Positions 61,526 through 64,000 of a DNA stretch of 64,000 nt are shown piece after piece. A program made the position numbers and the translations under genes. Each line of letters starts with the position of its first letter. Position 1 is the first letter of the stretch. The stretch lies in NCBI GenBank assembly GCA_003331625.1, contig QOPF01000002.1:1482-65481 (forward strand), written 5' to 3'. Below the pieces are notes generated by a model. That model searched no databases. It was not told the origin of the DNA and saw nothing but the letters and a program-made list of their open reading frames with translations. Origin of the DNA: Gammaproteobacteria bacterium. GTDB taxonomy: Bacteria > Pseudomonadota > Gammaproteobacteria > Magnimaribacterales > AG-339-G14.

Positions 61526-62582
61526 TGAACTCTTTTTTTAAAAAATTTGAAACATGGTTATTTATATGAAAATCACTTTCGAGAGGCATTATTTCATTGA
61601 GAATAAGTTTTTTTGCAACTCTAATCATGATTATTGAAAACTTGAATAGACATAAAATCCTGTAATAATTAAAATTTTTTGCAGAGAAACCAGTTCCTTT
61701 TTCCCAAATTTCTATGGCTTCTCTATTGGAAATTGAACCAGAAAGTTTTTCTATGCCCAAGCCTAAACTACTAATATCGTCGGTAGTCAGTCCCCAAGCT
61801 AAGTCTGAAAGTGGATCCCCAATCGTTGCCATTTCCCAATCTAGGAGAGCCTTGGGTTTAAAATTTTGAAATAAAACATTGCCAATTCTGGAATCACCCC
61901 AACATAACTTCACTTCATTAGATTCATTAGGAATATTAGAAGCAAGCCAAGAATAAACTTCGTTCAAAAATAAATTTTCCTCCCCCTCCATTCCCCAATT
62001 CATAAAGGATTTATAAAATTCTATATCTTCAGCAAGGTGGCATTCCTCATGAATTCTTTTCTTTAAAAATCCAACTTCTAAATCTTTTAAATTTAATTTA
62101 TGAAATGTAATTAGGTTGTTAAGCCAGCCCAACCAGACAGACCTTATTTGATCGTAGTTTGCCTTACCCATCATCCCTTCTGAATCCATATGATAAGGCG
62201 GATTATCTGAAGGAGCTTCTCCCTCAATAAATTTCATTACGTAAAATTCTGCACCTATAATATTTTCATCAGATTCAAAAAAAAGAATATCTGGAACTGG
62301 TAGTTTATTTTTTTTTAATTCTTGCATTATTTCAACTTGCATTTTTAGATCATATTTCGGAAAAACTTGAAAGCCAGTTGGTTTTATTCTTAGTACAATA
62401 TCTTCAACCAGGTTTTTTCCGATTACTCTGCAAGAAAATGTTTCATTCGAAAAGCCGCTTGCTTCTGAAGATGCATTAGGTTCAATTTGAATATTTTCGC
62501 CAGAATATCTTTCTTTTTCTTTAAGCCATTCTTTAAAAAGAAATAACTTTTTTTCAAAATTTTTTTCAGAAGATATCGGCAT
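61512..62582 (-). CDS. APH-family phosphotransferase (aminoglycoside/choline-kinase-like fold)
   Basis: The catalytic loop is CWGDSRIGNVLF and the metal-binding region is LLDWEMATIGDPLSDLAW. The pattern resembles the APH domains that accompany acyl-CoA dehydrogenases. Confidence 0.8.
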   Translation of the reverse strand: MPISSEKNFEKKLFLFKEWLKEKERYSGENIQIEPNASSEASGFSNETFSCRVIGKNLVEDIVLRIKPTGFQVFPKYDLKMQVEIMQELKKNKLPVPDILFFESDENIIGAEFYVMKFIEGEAPSDNPPYHMDSEGMMGKANYDQIRSVWLGWLNNLITFHKLNLKDLEVGFLKKRIHEECHLAEDIEFYKSFMNWGMEGEENLFLNEVYSWLASNIPNESNEVKLCWGDSRIGNVLFQNFKPKALLDWEMATIGDPLSDLAWGLTTDDISSLGLGIEKLSGSISNREAIEIWEKGTGFSAKNFNYYRILCLFKFSIIMIRVAKKLILNEIMPLESDFHINNHVSNFLKKEFNEIN

Positions 62583-63679
62583 TAAGGCTTATCAAAAAGA
62601 TCTTTAAAACCGCTTGGCTCGTGGGGACCTAAAAACAATTGCTCTAAAACGCCTCTTCCAGAAATTTCTCCTTCGGGAGATTTTAATTTTACGTTGCATA
62701 AAGCTTGTAAATGAAGAAATGGAGGATCTTGAGGATCTTCTTTTAAATCATAAGTATCGTATTGAGTTACTAATTCTCCTTTGTATTGACCGTGACCCCA
62801 ATCAGGATGCATGTAGCCTAAACCGCACATAAAGATGTTTATTTCAGGAGTAATTTCAAATTCAAATTGTTCGTTTTTAGAAGTTTTGAGTTTTAGCGAT
62901 AAAGATTTAACTCTCCTTGTTTGACGATGATAAATAATATTTTTTTCATGTGAGATAAAATTAGATTGCTCTTTTCCATCTGCATACTGAATCTTTGCAA
63001 AAGAATTGTCTGCCTCACCTTTTTCATTATCAACGAAATAAATATGAGTAGCCAGATCATCAAAATGAACAGGAGCCCATAACCAAAAAAATTGAGGCAT
63101 TTCAAAAGGAACCATAGGCTGAGTATCACCACTTCCTACAGGTCTTACGCCCCACGACCTATCTCTTGTACCAACAAAATCTTTAGGATCTATCTTGATA
63201 AGTTCTTCGTTAATTTTAAATTCTCCAGACCAATTTCCATGCTGTGTAAGTCGACAGGTATCCATGATCTTCCTAGGACCATTAAAAAGGGTCATATTTG
63301 GTTCTTGCATAGGGTCAAATCTTTTTTGAAAAACTAGTTTTGCTGTAATATTTGAATCGTTTTCTGATAACTCTACTGAAAGTTTTTCTAGTGGATTTAT
63401 CACCTTCACTTCGATTGGCCCTACTTTTGTATCTAGTCTTTCAAGTCCTAATACTCTTGATGATCTAATATTATGCTGTATTCCATCTTTTACTAAAGTG
63501 AAAGACGCATCCATAATGTTTAAATTCGGGTACAGGCAAAGAACGGCTGCAAAATAAAAATTTTCTTTCTTCGAATACCCATTAAAAAAATATCTATCAT
63601 AGAAATTTCTTTCAGTACCTACTTCAGAAACAGGATGAGGAAGTTGGTGGATTGGATAATCGTCTGCTTTAGTAATCAT
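62582..63679 (-). CDS. conserved hypothetical protein, 365 aa (function unknown)
   Basis: It is a long open frame with an ATG start, translationally coupled (TAATG) to the kinase gene. The motif GTRDRSWGVRP is vaguely reminiscent of AttH/CrtC-like beta-barrel proteins, but I cannot verify this. Confidence 0.6.
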   Translation of the reverse strand: MITKADDYPIHQLPHPVSEVGTERNFYDRYFFNGYSKKENFYFAAVLCLYPNLNIMDASFTLVKDGIQHNIRSSRVLGLERLDTKVGPIEVKVINPLEKLSVELSENDSNITAKLVFQKRFDPMQEPNMTLFNGPRKIMDTCRLTQHGNWSGEFKINEELIKIDPKDFVGTRDRSWGVRPVGSGDTQPMVPFEMPQFFWLWAPVHFDDLATHIYFVDNEKGEADNSFAKIQYADGKEQSNFISHEKNIIYHRQTRRVKSLSLKLKTSKNEQFEFEITPEINIFMCGLGYMHPDWGHGQYKGELVTQYDTYDLKEDPQDPPFLHLQALCNVKLKSPEGEISGRGVLEQLFLGPHEPSGFKDLFDKP

Positions 63680-63691
63680 ATATATAAATGT

Positions 63692-64000
63692 TTATAAAAA
63701 TTTTATTGATGCTATTTCAATAGCCATTTCAAAATCTCTGCCCGATGCTTCAACACCAAAAAGATTGATTTTATTTGGATTTAAAGTATTTTTTTTCTGT
63801 CTTTTGTTACTAAACTTAACAAATTCACTAAATTTAATCTCATAATCTTTCCACTCTTCAGAAACTTCAAATTCAGCAAGATATCTTACCCAGGGAAAAA
63901 TAGAACCCTTGGTTTTTATATGTAAGAAATATTTTTCATTATTGCCTCTTGCTTTGAATTGGACTTTTGTAAAACCGCTTAGCTCTGAAGTAATTTTTTT
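63692..64000 (-). CDS. CIA30-like domain protein, C-terminal 102 codons (5' end outside the window; not in the supplied ORF track)
   Basis: My translation of the minus strand from nt 64000 is KKITSELSGFTKVQFKARGNNEKYFLHIKTKGSIFPWVRYLAEFEVSEEWKDYEIKFSEFVKFSNKRQKKNTLNPNKINLFGVEASGRDFEMAIEIASIKFL*. It fits the CIA30 pattern (..GnG.kY.l.l.t...y.a.F....W..v.ipfs.F....pl....I..igi). The stop is at 63692-63694, 12 nt upstream of the next gene. Confidence 0.6.
   Translation of the reverse strand, partial: KKITSELSGFTKVQFKARGNNEKYFLHIKTKGSIFPWVRYLAEFEVSEEWKDYEIKFSEFVKFSNKRQKKNTLNPNKINLFGVEASGRDFEMAIEIASIKFL

Overview
This 64-kb chromosomal window comes from a very AT-rich genome (roughly 30% GC by eye, not computed) that is extremely compact. 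Gene order repeatedly matches Pseudomonas/Oceanospirillales-type core synteny: alaS-lysC-tRNA-Ser; cysS/ppiB-lpxH; aroC-leuCDB-asd-fimV-truA-trpFBA-accD-folC-cvpA-purF; cysB-thrH; lexA next to topA. I therefore infer a streamlined marine gammaproteobacterium, possibly SAR86-like, but this is inference only. I can support 59 protein-coding genes (two cut by the window edges, one of them absent from the supplied ORF track), one 40-codon gene remnant, two tRNAs (Ser-GCU, Asn-GUU), one clear LexA operator and a few weak promoter or operator candidates. The content is almost entirely housekeeping: amino-acid and purine biosynthesis, aminoacyl-tRNA synthetases, DNA repair, the methylcitrate cycle, acyl-CoA dehydrogenases and envelope functions. 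I found no rRNA, CRISPR array, transposase, integrase, phage gene or recognisable defence or toxin-antitoxin module. I also do not see a convincing novel multi-gene system. The observations worth a second look are: (1) a 98-aa miniaturised FimV-like ORF in the canonical fimV slot; (2) dispersed capsule-export parts, namely an orphan wzi next to a GalE-like remnant and a 926-aa six-SLBB OPX protein wedged between nadK and pyrD; (3) an uncharacterised overlapping operon CIA30-like / 365-aa unknown / APH-type kinase / SRPBCC / tadA; (4) an adjacent ACAD pair in which the second member has a degenerate C-terminal motif; (5) a lexA operator that abuts the start codon, making a leaderless transcript possible; (6) extreme compaction, with about 1 kb of noncoding DNA in 64 kb, 7 of 8 convergent gene pairs overlapping at their 3' ends, and a 14-gene array with no gap above 11 nt.
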